The position numbers and the translations under genes are program-made. Under the pieces are notes generated by a model, which worked only from the letters and a program-made list of their open reading frames with translations, was not told the origin of the DNA and searched no databases. From an uncultured bacterium (GTDB lineage Bacteria > SAR324 > NAC60-12), in assembly GCA_965662235.1 (NCBI GenBank), contig CBFIGY010000045.1:1-21240 (forward strand): a stretch of DNA of 21,240 nucleotides, written 5' to 3'. Shown piece after piece: positions 6,758 to 15,419 of the stretch. Within the stretch, counting starts at the first letter, position 1, and every line of letters starts with the position of its first letter.

Positions 6758-8983
6758 ATGGTAAATCCCGCTGTGATGACCGTCGATGACGCCCTCATGC
6801 CCTCTGCCCCCATGCACCCAGAGGTGATTCGGGTGGAGGAAGGCGTGAGCGCCGAGGACTCGCAGCTCATCGCCAAGCTCAAGCGGCAGATCCGCGACTA
6901 CGTCAAGCGCCATGGCAGCGAGGAAGAGGTCCGTCTCCTCAATCAGGCGATTGAGGACATCACTCGGTTCCACGCCAATCAGCGGCGCAAGTCTGGGCAG
7001 CCGGTGGTGGTGCATCCGCTGCGGGTGGCGCTTTCCATCTGCCAAGCTGGACTGGACGCTTCAACGGTGATTGCGGCCCTGCTGCATGATGCCATTGAAG
7101 ATACCCCGATGACCAAGGACTACGTACGGGATCAGTATGGCCCTTGGTATGCGGCGATTGTCGATGGCCTGACCAAGATCCAGAATCCGGATGGTCCAAA
7201 GACCCGCAGTCACCAGGAAGCGACTTACCGGAAGATGCTGCAGTCGATGACCAAGGACGTCCGGACCCTGTTCATCAAGCTCTTTGACCGCCTTGACAAC
7301 ATGCGGGACATGGAGGCGATGCCGCACCACAAGCGCCGTCGCATCAGCCGTGAGACCCTTGGGGTGTATGTGCCGCTGGCGGAGCGCCTGGGCCTCCGGG
7401 ACCTGAGTCGAGAGCACTCGGAGCTGTGCTTCCGGTACCTCTATCCGTTGCGCTACCGGAACACCAAGCAGCGGTTGCAGGACCTGTGGGAGGAACGCAA
7501 GGAGCGGGTGGACGCGATGCGGTCTCAGCTGCAGGACCTCCTGACGCAAGAACACCTGCAGCTGCAGTCGGTCGAGCCCGTGTTGATTGAGGTCGCGGAC
7601 CATGTCATCCCCGGCATGCCGCTGGACCACATCCTCCGAGGATTCCTGATTGTGGTTGACAAACCGCAGTCGTGTTATCAGGCGTTGGGCATCCTCCACA
7701 CCCACTTCAGCGCCATTCCTCTGCAGATCCGTGACTACATTAGCAACCCGATGTGGAACGGACACCAGGGCCTGCAGACCCTGATTCTGCTGGACGGCGA
7801 GCGGGTCTCCATTGAGATCGTCACCCCGCGGATGAAGGAAGGGAACCGCAACGGCGTGATGGCGTACTGGCAGGGGACGCCGTCGCAGCTGGCGGATTAC
7901 TACCGGACCTACCTCGACCAGCTGGACCAGGTTGCTGGAGAAGAGCACCTGCGCATGACGGACGTCCTGAAGACAATGCAGCAGGACCAGGTTCAGGTGT
8001 TCAGTCCCAAGGGCGACGTCTTTGCTCTGCCCAAGGGCGCTTCGGTGCTCGACTTTGCCTACAGCATCCACACCGAGCTGGGGAATCAGTGCACAGGAGC
8101 GATGGTCGAAAGCGTTGGACGCAGCGGAGGGGCGCAGCGGGTGCCACGGGATCGGCAGCTCTTCCATGGAGAGCGGATCCGTATTCTGACCGATCCGTCG
8201 GTGCGACCTGCCCGAGACTGGCTGGAGTACGCGATTCTGGCCAAGAGTCAACTGCAGATCCGCCGGTCGGTGGGGCAGCAGAATGCCCTCCGGATGCGTC
8301 GCCTCGGCTATGAGCACCTGAAGGGAGTGCTGCAGAAATTTCAACTGCACGTTGAAGAGTGGCTGGAAGAGCCCAAGGTGCTGGAAGCCTTGGAACAGGA
8401 AAAGCTCAGCACCGAGCGTTTCCTTCAGGAGGTGGGCATGCAGAAGCGCTCTCCCCGGGACTTCATGAAGAAGCATGGCTTGATTGGTCCCGAACGCATG
8501 GGTCGGGTGCGGGAGATGCTTCGGTCGGGACGCTTTGCCTCGGTGTTTGGCGGCGCGGAATCGTACTTCCGCATTCAGAGCTGGGACGACCCCATGGTCC
8601 GGCTTCAGGAATGCTGTGCGCCGATGCCGGGCGATCGAATCATTGGGCTGCTGAATGATCAAAATGAAATTGAAGTGCATCAGCTCAGTTGTTCGGAGGT
8701 CGAGGCCTCCCGACAGACCCGGGTGCAGGTGCTGTGGGACCTGCCCAAGGACGAACGCCGCGAGCACATCATCCGGCTCCACACCAGCGAAGGACCTGGT
8801 ATCCTCTACCGGGTCGTCAAAGTGATCAAAGACGCGGAAGCCAGCATCCGGGATGCTCAGGTTTCTGTGACCACTGAAGAACAGGCCTACCACCGCATTC
8901 GACTGGCCCCCGTCACGTGGGTGCAGTACCGAAAGATCTGCGAAGGCTTGCGGGCCTTGAAGGTTGTCCAGAAAGTCTGGTAA
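6758..8983 (+). CDS. spoT: Long RelA/SpoT homologue (HD - pseudo-synthetase - TGS - ZFD/CC - ACT); probably a (p)ppGpp hydrolase only
   Basis: HD domain: HANQRRKSGQPVVVHP, AALLHDAIEDT (HD at 7085-7090), IVDGLTKI, IKLFDRLDNMR, ETLGVYVPLAERLG. TGS: VFSPKGDVFALPKGASVLDFAYSIHTELG. ZFD: ECCAPMPGDRIIG...VHQLSC. ACT-like C-terminus. Exact start uncertain because of several in-frame Met codons. Confidence 0.92.
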   Translation: MVNPAVMTVDDALMPSAPMHPEVIRVEEGVSAEDSQLIAKLKRQIRDYVKRHGSEEEVRLLNQAIEDITRFHANQRRKSGQPVVVHPLRVALSICQAGLDASTVIAALLHDAIEDTPMTKDYVRDQYGPWYAAIVDGLTKIQNPDGPKTRSHQEATYRKMLQSMTKDVRTLFIKLFDRLDNMRDMEAMPHHKRRRISRETLGVYVPLAERLGLRDLSREHSELCFRYLYPLRYRNTKQRLQDLWEERKERVDAMRSQLQDLLTQEHLQLQSVEPVLIEVADHVIPGMPLDHILRGFLIVVDKPQSCYQALGILHTHFSAIPLQIRDYISNPMWNGHQGLQTLILLDGERVSIEIVTPRMKEGNRNGVMAYWQGTPSQLADYYRTYLDQLDQVAGEEHLRMTDVLKTMQQDQVQVFSPKGDVFALPKGASVLDFAYSIHTELGNQCTGAMVESVGRSGGAQRVPRDRQLFHGERIRILTDPSVRPARDWLEYAILAKSQLQIRRSVGQQNALRMRRLGYEHLKGVLQKFQLHVEEWLEEPKVLEALEQEKLSTERFLQEVGMQKRSPRDFMKKHGLIGPERMGRVREMLRSGRFASVFGGAESYFRIQSWDDPMVRLQECCAPMPGDRIIGLLNDQNEIEVHQLSCSEVEASRQTRVQVLWDLPKDERREHIIRLHTSEGPGILYRVVKVIKDAEASIRDAQVSVTTEEQAYHRIRLAPVTWVQYRKICEGLRALKVVQKVW

Positions 8984-9010
8984 GCCTCTCAAGAAGGCGC
9001 ACTCTGCCTG

Positions 9011-11374
9011 TTGACTGACTCCTCCCTCACGGAATTCATGGAAGAAACATCCCCCTCCTCGTCGCCGGACCTTGCCGTCTGGGTTCCTCAGCTGCACCAG
9101 GAAACGGGGCACCGCCCCGACCAGATCCGCGAAACCCTGAAGCTGCTGCTTGCGGACAACACCATTCCCTTCATTGCCCGGTACCGCAAGGAAGCCACCG
9201 GAGGGCTGGATGAAGTGGAGATCGCGAACCTGGCCGACCGGTTTCAGTACCTGCGCGACCTCGACGAGCGTCGTCAAACCATCCTCAAGAGCATCCGGGA
9301 GCAGGAAAAGCTGACCCCGGAGCTGGAGCAACGGATCCAGCAGGCGGAGACCAAACAGAAGCTGGAGGACCTCTACCTGCCCTACAAACCGAAGCGCCGA
9401 ACCCGTGGGGTCATCGCCAAGGACAAGGGCCTAGAGCCACTTGCGGAGCTGTTGGTGGCTCCGGACACCACGGCAACGACTGTGCAGCAGTGGCTGCAGG
9501 AGCTCAACGAAGGAAGCGAAGCTCCCCTCTCAGCAGACGAGGCGCTTCAAGGGGCTCGGGACATCTGGGCGGAGCGTTTGGCGGAAATGGCTGACCTCCG
9601 GAATGCCCTGCGGGAGCGCCTGCACCGAGATGGACGGGTGGTGTCTCAAGTGGCCAGCGATCATGAAGGGAAGCCAAGTAAGTTTGAGGCGTACTACGAT
9701 TTTTCCGAAAAGGTCGCTGCGATTGCTCCGCACCGCTACCTAGCCATCCGTCGTGGAGAAAAAGATGGCGTGCTCCGCATGCGCATTGAGCTCGAGGAGG
9801 CCCGGGCGCACGGACTGATGCGTCCCTACCTGCCTTCGTTTGCTCCGGCTTTTGCTGAACAAGGTGAGCAGGTGCTGGCGGATGCCTGGCAACGCCTGCT
9901 GGCGCCTACGCTGGAAACGGACATCCGGGTGGACCTGAAACTCCAGGCGGATGAGGTCTCCATTGACCTGTTTGGGCGCAACCTCAGACAGTTGCTGCTG
10001 CAGCCTCCGGGGGGAGCCAAGGTGGTGATCGGGCTCGACCCCGGATTCCGTACAGGCACCAAGTGGGTGGTGATTGATCAAACCGGACGCTTCCTCGACC
10101 ACGGAGTGATTTATCCGGTGGAGCCCAAAAAAGACGTGAACGGGTCGCGCAACACGCTCCGAGGACTGATGGAACGCTTCAATGCGGAGATCATCGCCGT
10201 TGGCAACGGAACCGCGTCCCGGGAGGTGCATCAGTTTGTCCGAGAATTCCTCCAAGCAGAAGGCTTCACGGTGCAGGCCCTGGTCGTCAATGAATCCGGA
10301 GCATCGGTCTACTCTGCATCGGCGATTGCTCGGGACGAATTTCCGGAGCTCGACCTGACGGTGCGGGGAGCCATTTCCATCGCCCGCCGGTACCAGGATC
10401 CGCTGGCAGAGTTGGTGAAAATCGACCCCAAATCGATTGGCGTGGGGCAGTATCAGCATGACGTCAACCAGACCCGCCTGAAGCAGTCCTTGGACCGGAC
10501 GGTGGAGTCGTGCGTCAACTTCGTAGGAGTGGACCTGAACCGTGCGTCGGCGTCGCTGCTGGGCTACGTCTCCGGCATCAGCGGCACATTGGCCAAACGC
10601 ATCATCGCTCACCGCAACGAAAAAGGGGGGTTCCAGTCCCGCAAAGACCTGCTGTCGGTCAGTGGACTCGGACCCAAAACCTTTGAGCAGGCCGCCGGGT
10701 TCCTCCGCATTCCGGAGGCGGCGAACCCCTTGGACCGGTCGGCCGTGCATCCGGAAAACTATGGGCTGGTGGAGCAAATGGCGCAGGACCATCAACTGAC
10801 GCTGGAACAGCTGGTGGGGAATGAAGGCGTGGTGGGACGCATTGACCCCAGCCAGTACGCTGAGGCCGGAAGCTTCACGGTCTCGGACATTCTTCAGGAA
10901 CTGAAAAAGCCCGGACGTGACCCCCGAAGCGATCACCAGCAGGTGCAGTTTGACGACGCCATTCAGGAGGTGAAGGACCTGAAGCCGGGGATGCGCCTCA
11001 ATGGCGTTGTGACCAACATCACGCACTTTGGCGCCTTCATTGACATTGGTGTGCATCAGGATGGACTGGCGCACATTTCTCAGCTGTCGGACAAATTCAT
11101 CAAGGATCCGATGGAAGCCGTGACCGTGGGACAAGCCGTTCAGGCATGGGTGCTGGAGGTAGATGAAGCCCGCAAACGCATTTCCCTCTCGCTCCGGAGT
11201 GAACTGCAGACGGAGGCCAAACCGAAGGAAGGGGCCCGCAGGTCGGGGAAAGTGGAGCCACGCAAGCAGTCGTCCTCGGGACGGAAGCCCCAAAAACCGC
11301 GCGAAAAGCCATTGGCGACCGGGGACTTCAACAAGGACATGGCTCAACTGATGGCAAAGTTCAATAAACACTGA
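9011..11374 (+). CDS. tex: Tex/YhgF family RNA-binding transcription accessory protein
   Basis: NTIPFIARYRKEATGGLDEV, LEDLYLPYKPKRRTR, GLDPGFRTGTK (YqgF-like), VNESGASVYSAS, QDPLAELVKIDPKSIGVGQYQHDV, HhH repeats and S1 domain (GVVTNITHFGAFIDIGVHQDGLAHIS). Start is TTG 9011 or ATG 9038. Confidence 0.97.
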   Translation: MTDSSLTEFMEETSPSSSPDLAVWVPQLHQETGHRPDQIRETLKLLLADNTIPFIARYRKEATGGLDEVEIANLADRFQYLRDLDERRQTILKSIREQEKLTPELEQRIQQAETKQKLEDLYLPYKPKRRTRGVIAKDKGLEPLAELLVAPDTTATTVQQWLQELNEGSEAPLSADEALQGARDIWAERLAEMADLRNALRERLHRDGRVVSQVASDHEGKPSKFEAYYDFSEKVAAIAPHRYLAIRRGEKDGVLRMRIELEEARAHGLMRPYLPSFAPAFAEQGEQVLADAWQRLLAPTLETDIRVDLKLQADEVSIDLFGRNLRQLLLQPPGGAKVVIGLDPGFRTGTKWVVIDQTGRFLDHGVIYPVEPKKDVNGSRNTLRGLMERFNAEIIAVGNGTASREVHQFVREFLQAEGFTVQALVVNESGASVYSASAIARDEFPELDLTVRGAISIARRYQDPLAELVKIDPKSIGVGQYQHDVNQTRLKQSLDRTVESCVNFVGVDLNRASASLLGYVSGISGTLAKRIIAHRNEKGGFQSRKDLLSVSGLGPKTFEQAAGFLRIPEAANPLDRSAVHPENYGLVEQMAQDHQLTLEQLVGNEGVVGRIDPSQYAEAGSFTVSDILQELKKPGRDPRSDHQQVQFDDAIQEVKDLKPGMRLNGVVTNITHFGAFIDIGVHQDGLAHISQLSDKFIKDPMEAVTVGQAVQAWVLEVDEARKRISLSLRSELQTEAKPKEGARRSGKVEPRKQSSSGRKPQKPREKPLATGDFNKDMAQLMAKFNKH

Positions 11375-12183
11375 TGCACATTCCTCCTTGGCTGGAGCAT
11401 CTCCTCATGGCGGGATGCGACACGTTCTTCAAGTACTGGCCGCAGCCGGTTCCTCCTCCGGAGGTTCTCCGCGAGTGTCAGGTCATTGCCCATCGTGGAG
11501 CACACGGATTCAAGGGCCTTCCGGAAAATACTTTGGTCGCCTTCCAACGGGCGCTAGAGGCACCAGAGGTCACGGGACTGGAACTCGACATCCGCTGGAC
11601 CAAGGACCTGACGCCGATGGTTTTCCATGATGCGGACCTGCTCCGGATGTTTGGCGAACCCCGGTTGCTGAGCTCGTTCACGGTCTCTGAACTGAAGGAA
11701 CGCTTTCCGCTCATTCCGACCTTCGAGGAAGTGATTGCTCTGAGCCAGAACCGGGCGCACCTGATGATTGAGGTGAAGGAAGAGCCGTATCCGGAGCTGG
11801 AGCGTCAGAACCAGATCCTGGGGGACTTGCTCAAGGGTTGGGAACCGGGACGGGACTTTCACATCCTGCTGCTGGATCCCGCTCTGGAGCGTCTGGTGAC
11901 CTTTGCGCCCAAGTCGTGTTTCCTGCTGGTGGCCTTCTTCAATGTAGAGGCATTCAGCCGCACTTCCCTGGAGCAGGGATTTGGAGGCATTGGGGGGCAC
12001 TACCTGCTCATCGGCCAGCAGGTGGTGACACGTCACCTAGAGGCCGGTCAGTTCATGGGAACAGGATATCCTAAATCAAAGAATGCTTTGTACCGCGAGC
12101 TGAACCGTGGCGTCCAGTGGATCTTCACCAACGATCCCCTAGACGTGGCCGCCTTGCTCCGTGAACACTCCAGAACGAACTAG
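11374..12183 (+). CDS. Glycerophosphodiester phosphodiesterase (GDPD) family protein
   Basis: VIAHRGAHG, PENTLVAFQRAL, GLELDIRWTKD, VFHDADLLR, IPTFEEV, LMIEVK and GVQWIFTNDP motifs. TGATG overlap with the tex stop. Confidence 0.92.
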   Translation: MHIPPWLEHLLMAGCDTFFKYWPQPVPPPEVLRECQVIAHRGAHGFKGLPENTLVAFQRALEAPEVTGLELDIRWTKDLTPMVFHDADLLRMFGEPRLLSSFTVSELKERFPLIPTFEEVIALSQNRAHLMIEVKEEPYPELERQNQILGDLLKGWEPGRDFHILLLDPALERLVTFAPKSCFLLVAFFNVEAFSRTSLEQGFGGIGGHYLLIGQQVVTRHLEAGQFMGTGYPKSKNALYRELNRGVQWIFTNDPLDVAALLREHSRTN

Positions 12184-12194
12184 AGCCTGATTTT

Positions 12195-12219
12195 GAGGGG
12201 AGTGCGTCTCCCCTTTTTT
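12195..12219 (+). terminator. Rho-independent terminator after GDPD
   Basis: GAGGGGAG-TGCGT-CTCCCCTT stem-loop running into a T tract (12214-12219), 11 bp after the GDPD stop. Confidence 0.8.
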
Positions 12220-12405
12220 AGGGCTATTATTTATATTTAATTAATATTATGTAAATTTAAAAACAAAACCTCCCAAAAAAGTCCTCTCTCAAAAAGCGCC
12301 CCCACCCAAAGACAATCCTCATGCACACCGGCTTTTCTCTTGAAGGGAGAGTCACTTGCGTGTAGCTTTCCGGCTCATGCGAGTACGCTCACCAATTGGG
12401 TCTTC

Positions 12406-15123
12406 ATGAAATTCCTGCTCCTTTCCCTCCTTCTACTGATTTCCGCACTGACCTGGGCACAGCCCACCCCCGTCTTGCTTACCGAAAACTTTCACTCCGT
12501 TCAACTCGGACCTTATCTGGAGTACTTGGAGGAAACAGGGGATCCTTGGACGGTGGAAGCCGTTTTGTCCCCTGAAGTGGCCTCTCAGTTTCAGGTCAAT
12601 TCCAACGCCTTTTTCAGCAAAGGAGCCTTTCACCCCGCATACTGGTTCCGATTTACAGTGAGGAACCCCGGACCAGACGACCAGTCGGTGATCTTCCACA
12701 TTGAGCATGAGTACCAGTTTCTGGAACTCTACGCGATCACTCCGGGGAACCCACCAGAACCCATTGCCCTGAAGAATTTTTTGACCCTGCTTGCATCCGG
12801 GGCCTCGCGGGAGGCCTTACTGGAAACGCGGTTGACGCTTCCAGCCGGTCAGCAGGTGGAGTACCTGATGCGCCTGAATACGGAGTTTGAGATGAAGGCG
12901 CTGGTGTCACTCTGGGAACCAGAAGCCCGCAAGGCTCAGAATTTTTTTGAGCATGGGTTTTACCTATGGTGTTGGGGTGGATTGACGATCTTCATCCTCA
13001 TCTACCTCACCATTTACGTGGCCCTCCGGGATCCAGTTTATTTTTACTACGCGGCTTTTCTGACCTCCTTTCTGCTCTTCCGGTTTCATGAGCGGATCTG
13101 GCCGGACCTGTTTTTCGTCAAGTCTGCAGGGGTTTACTGGGTGGTGCTGATCACGCTGTATGGGGCCTTGTACTTTGGGTTCCGCTTCACCAACAGCCTC
13201 CTCCATTCAGATCAAAATTTTCCGACGGTCCATCGTTCCGTTCAGGAACTGATGCGAGCCGTTTTGGTGGGCTCTGTGATTCTGGCAGGGGTTTCTGGAA
13301 AGATCATCTGGGGCTTTGCGTTGCTGTCCCTCGTTGCTCTGGTTCTCATTCCCTGCGCACTTTGGGTCGCCCTGAAGTCTTATGTGGATCACCGGGAAGT
13401 GGTCATTTACTACCTGATGGGCTGGGCCCTGCTGCTTGTGGTCGCCCTCACCTTTCCGCTGATGACGCTGGGAGTGATTCCTTATGATCCGACCAATCGC
13501 ATCTGGCTGGAAGCGATCTCCTTGTTGGATGCCGCCGTTTTTTCCATTGCCTTGGCGAATCGGTTCCGTTTGATTCAGGCGGAGCACCATCGTGCCAATG
13601 AGGAGGCCCTCCGGAGTCTTCAGGAAAAGGAGCAGTTTCGCAGCCATTTTTTGGCAAGCGTCTCCCATGAACTCCGGACTCCGTTGCATGGAATGATTGG
13701 GCTAACGGAATCTGCGCTCGAGGAAGCCCGTCAGCGCTGCTCTCAACAGACGGTCGAGCAGTTGAACCTTGTGGTCCAGAGTGGCTTTCGGCTGAACGAA
13801 TTGGTCGGCGCCCTTTTAGATGTTTCCGCGGGCAAACAAGGGGAACTGAAGGTTCACTGCGAAGCGGTCGACCTGCATCTTCTGGTGGAGGAGGTGCTAG
13901 AAATCCTCAGGGCAGACCCCAGAAACGCGGATTCTCAGCTGCACAATCACATTCCACCCGAGTTCCCCCACGTGAAGGCTGATCACGCCCGATTGGAACA
14001 GGTGTTCCTCAACCTGCTGCAAAATGCCCTCACTCATGCTCCTCAAGGCGCGATTGAGGTTCGGGCGACTTTACAGGAAACGCAGGTCCGCATTGAGGTG
14101 CGCGACCACGGCCCAGGAATTCCGACTAAGGATCATGTCCGAATTTTCAAAGCCTTTGAACGACGTCCCACGGAAACCGAAGCCTTCGAACAGGGACTCG
14201 GTTTGGGCCTCAGCATCAGTTCTGAAATCATCAGGGCTCACGGGGGAAGCATGGGGGTGGAGAGCCCTCCGGAGGGAGGTGCTCTGTTCTGGTTTACCCT
14301 CTCAGCAGAGGCCACACCGTTTTCCGAAGAGGCGTTTGCAAACGGCTCCTCCCGGAAGCCGGTTCTGGAACGACCGCGCTTGCCACAGCTGCACCCTTCT
14401 GAACCAATGGGCTCCATTCTGATTGTCGATGATGAAGTTTCCAACCTCTACATCCTCCTGAACCACCTTGCGGAGAGCAAACTGAAGGTTCACAGCTGCA
14501 CCAACGGTCCGGATGCACTGGAGCTCTACCAACGGGAGTCGCTGGACCTGATTCTATTGGATGTACGCATGCCTCTGATGGACGGGTACGAGGTCTGTGA
14601 AATCATTCGACAAACGGCTTCCAAGGAGGAACTGCCGATCCTCTTCCTCAGTGCGTTGACTCAAAGTGAAGATGTTTCGCTCGGTTTTCAGGCGGGTGCA
14701 AACGACTACATCTTCAAACCCTTTGTCCAGTCGGAACTGTTGGCCCGCGTGCACTCGCATCTGGAGTTGACCCAGCTGAGGCGCCAAAATTCCCAACGGA
14801 TTGAGCCCGTTCACTCCAAACAGGCGTGCCTTTCTCAGGCGATGCAGGCCTGCCTCAGCATCTGGCGCCAAGAGTTTAATAAGGGGGAGATTGAACTGGC
14901 TCAGGAATCTAAACTCTGGGGCGTGTACTTTGACAAGAGCAACGCGACCTGGAAATCCCCCACCCTGCACCGCTACCTGTCCACCGCAACCCTCCCCACC
15001 AAACCACGCTGGCGCAAGGTCATCCAGACCCTGGAGTTTGCGATGCAGCAGTTGCCCTCCGATCATCCGGAGCGGGCGCGCTTGATGTTCCACTACGCTG
15101 AAGTTCAACGCTTCTTCACCTAG
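12406..15123 (+). CDS. Hybrid sensor histidine kinase: signal peptide - 7TMR-DISMED2 - 7TM-DISM - HisKA - HATPase - REC - probable ChiS-family DNA-binding domain
   Basis: Start placed at ATG 12406 (MKFLLLSLLLLISALTWAQP, a signal peptide). DISMED2-like LGPYLEYLEE...AYWFRFTVRN. About 7 hydrophobic helices (RDPVYFYYAAF, YYLMGW, FSIALANRF). H-box SVSHELRTPL, N-box QVFLNLLQNA, G1 VRDHGPGI, G2 GLGLGLSIS. REC ILIVDD/LILLDVRMP/DYIFKPF. Extra ~100-aa C-terminal domain. Confidence 0.92.
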   Translation: MKFLLLSLLLLISALTWAQPTPVLLTENFHSVQLGPYLEYLEETGDPWTVEAVLSPEVASQFQVNSNAFFSKGAFHPAYWFRFTVRNPGPDDQSVIFHIEHEYQFLELYAITPGNPPEPIALKNFLTLLASGASREALLETRLTLPAGQQVEYLMRLNTEFEMKALVSLWEPEARKAQNFFEHGFYLWCWGGLTIFILIYLTIYVALRDPVYFYYAAFLTSFLLFRFHERIWPDLFFVKSAGVYWVVLITLYGALYFGFRFTNSLLHSDQNFPTVHRSVQELMRAVLVGSVILAGVSGKIIWGFALLSLVALVLIPCALWVALKSYVDHREVVIYYLMGWALLLVVALTFPLMTLGVIPYDPTNRIWLEAISLLDAAVFSIALANRFRLIQAEHHRANEEALRSLQEKEQFRSHFLASVSHELRTPLHGMIGLTESALEEARQRCSQQTVEQLNLVVQSGFRLNELVGALLDVSAGKQGELKVHCEAVDLHLLVEEVLEILRADPRNADSQLHNHIPPEFPHVKADHARLEQVFLNLLQNALTHAPQGAIEVRATLQETQVRIEVRDHGPGIPTKDHVRIFKAFERRPTETEAFEQGLGLGLSISSEIIRAHGGSMGVESPPEGGALFWFTLSAEATPFSEEAFANGSSRKPVLERPRLPQLHPSEPMGSILIVDDEVSNLYILLNHLAESKLKVHSCTNGPDALELYQRESLDLILLDVRMPLMDGYEVCEIIRQTASKEELPILFLSALTQSEDVSLGFQAGANDYIFKPFVQSELLARVHSHLELTQLRRQNSQRIEPVHSKQACLSQAMQACLSIWRQEFNKGEIELAQESKLWGVYFDKSNATWKSPTLHRYLSTATLPTKPRWRKVIQTLEFAMQQLPSDHPERARLMFHYAEVQRFFT

Positions 15124-15419
15124 TCCCCTTTGAGAAGAGGCTCTGAGAGAATGACTGGAGACCCAGCCATTGCTCCGAAACCGCTCTAAACGCACTTTTT
15201 TTAAAATTCAGCAAAATCAGAATTTTACACCAAAACCACTCCAAACCGCTCTCTGCTTTTCTTTGGAAGACCCATCGGGACTTTGGTAGGTTCAAGTGGG
15301 TGTACTGAAACAGTCCGTCCACTCGGACGCGATTCGGTTGCTTCAGTCCTGTTTCAATCCAAGTCTTCTGGTGCCGGGAAGCTGCTCGTCGCTTCACCTC
15401 ACGACTCAACGGAGCCCCC

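Noticed and set aside
7061..9331. 756-aa antisense ORF over the RSH gene
   Set aside because: Lies opposite well-supported genes; typical stop-poor antisense frame of GC-rich coding DNA with no recognisable motifs.
9740..11371. 543-aa antisense ORF over tex (likewise 17679..18845 over the TerB fusion)
   Set aside because: Same antisense-frame artefact; no independent evidence of coding.
12340..12405. ORF-track TTG start for the sensor kinase
   Set aside because: ATG 12406 gives a clean signal peptide; the extra 22 aa would bury it.
15124..15300. 6S RNA or TPP riboswitch (CTGAGA and GGTTCAAG words)
   Set aside because: Only isolated short words match; the other conserved elements, closing stems and usual gene context are absent.
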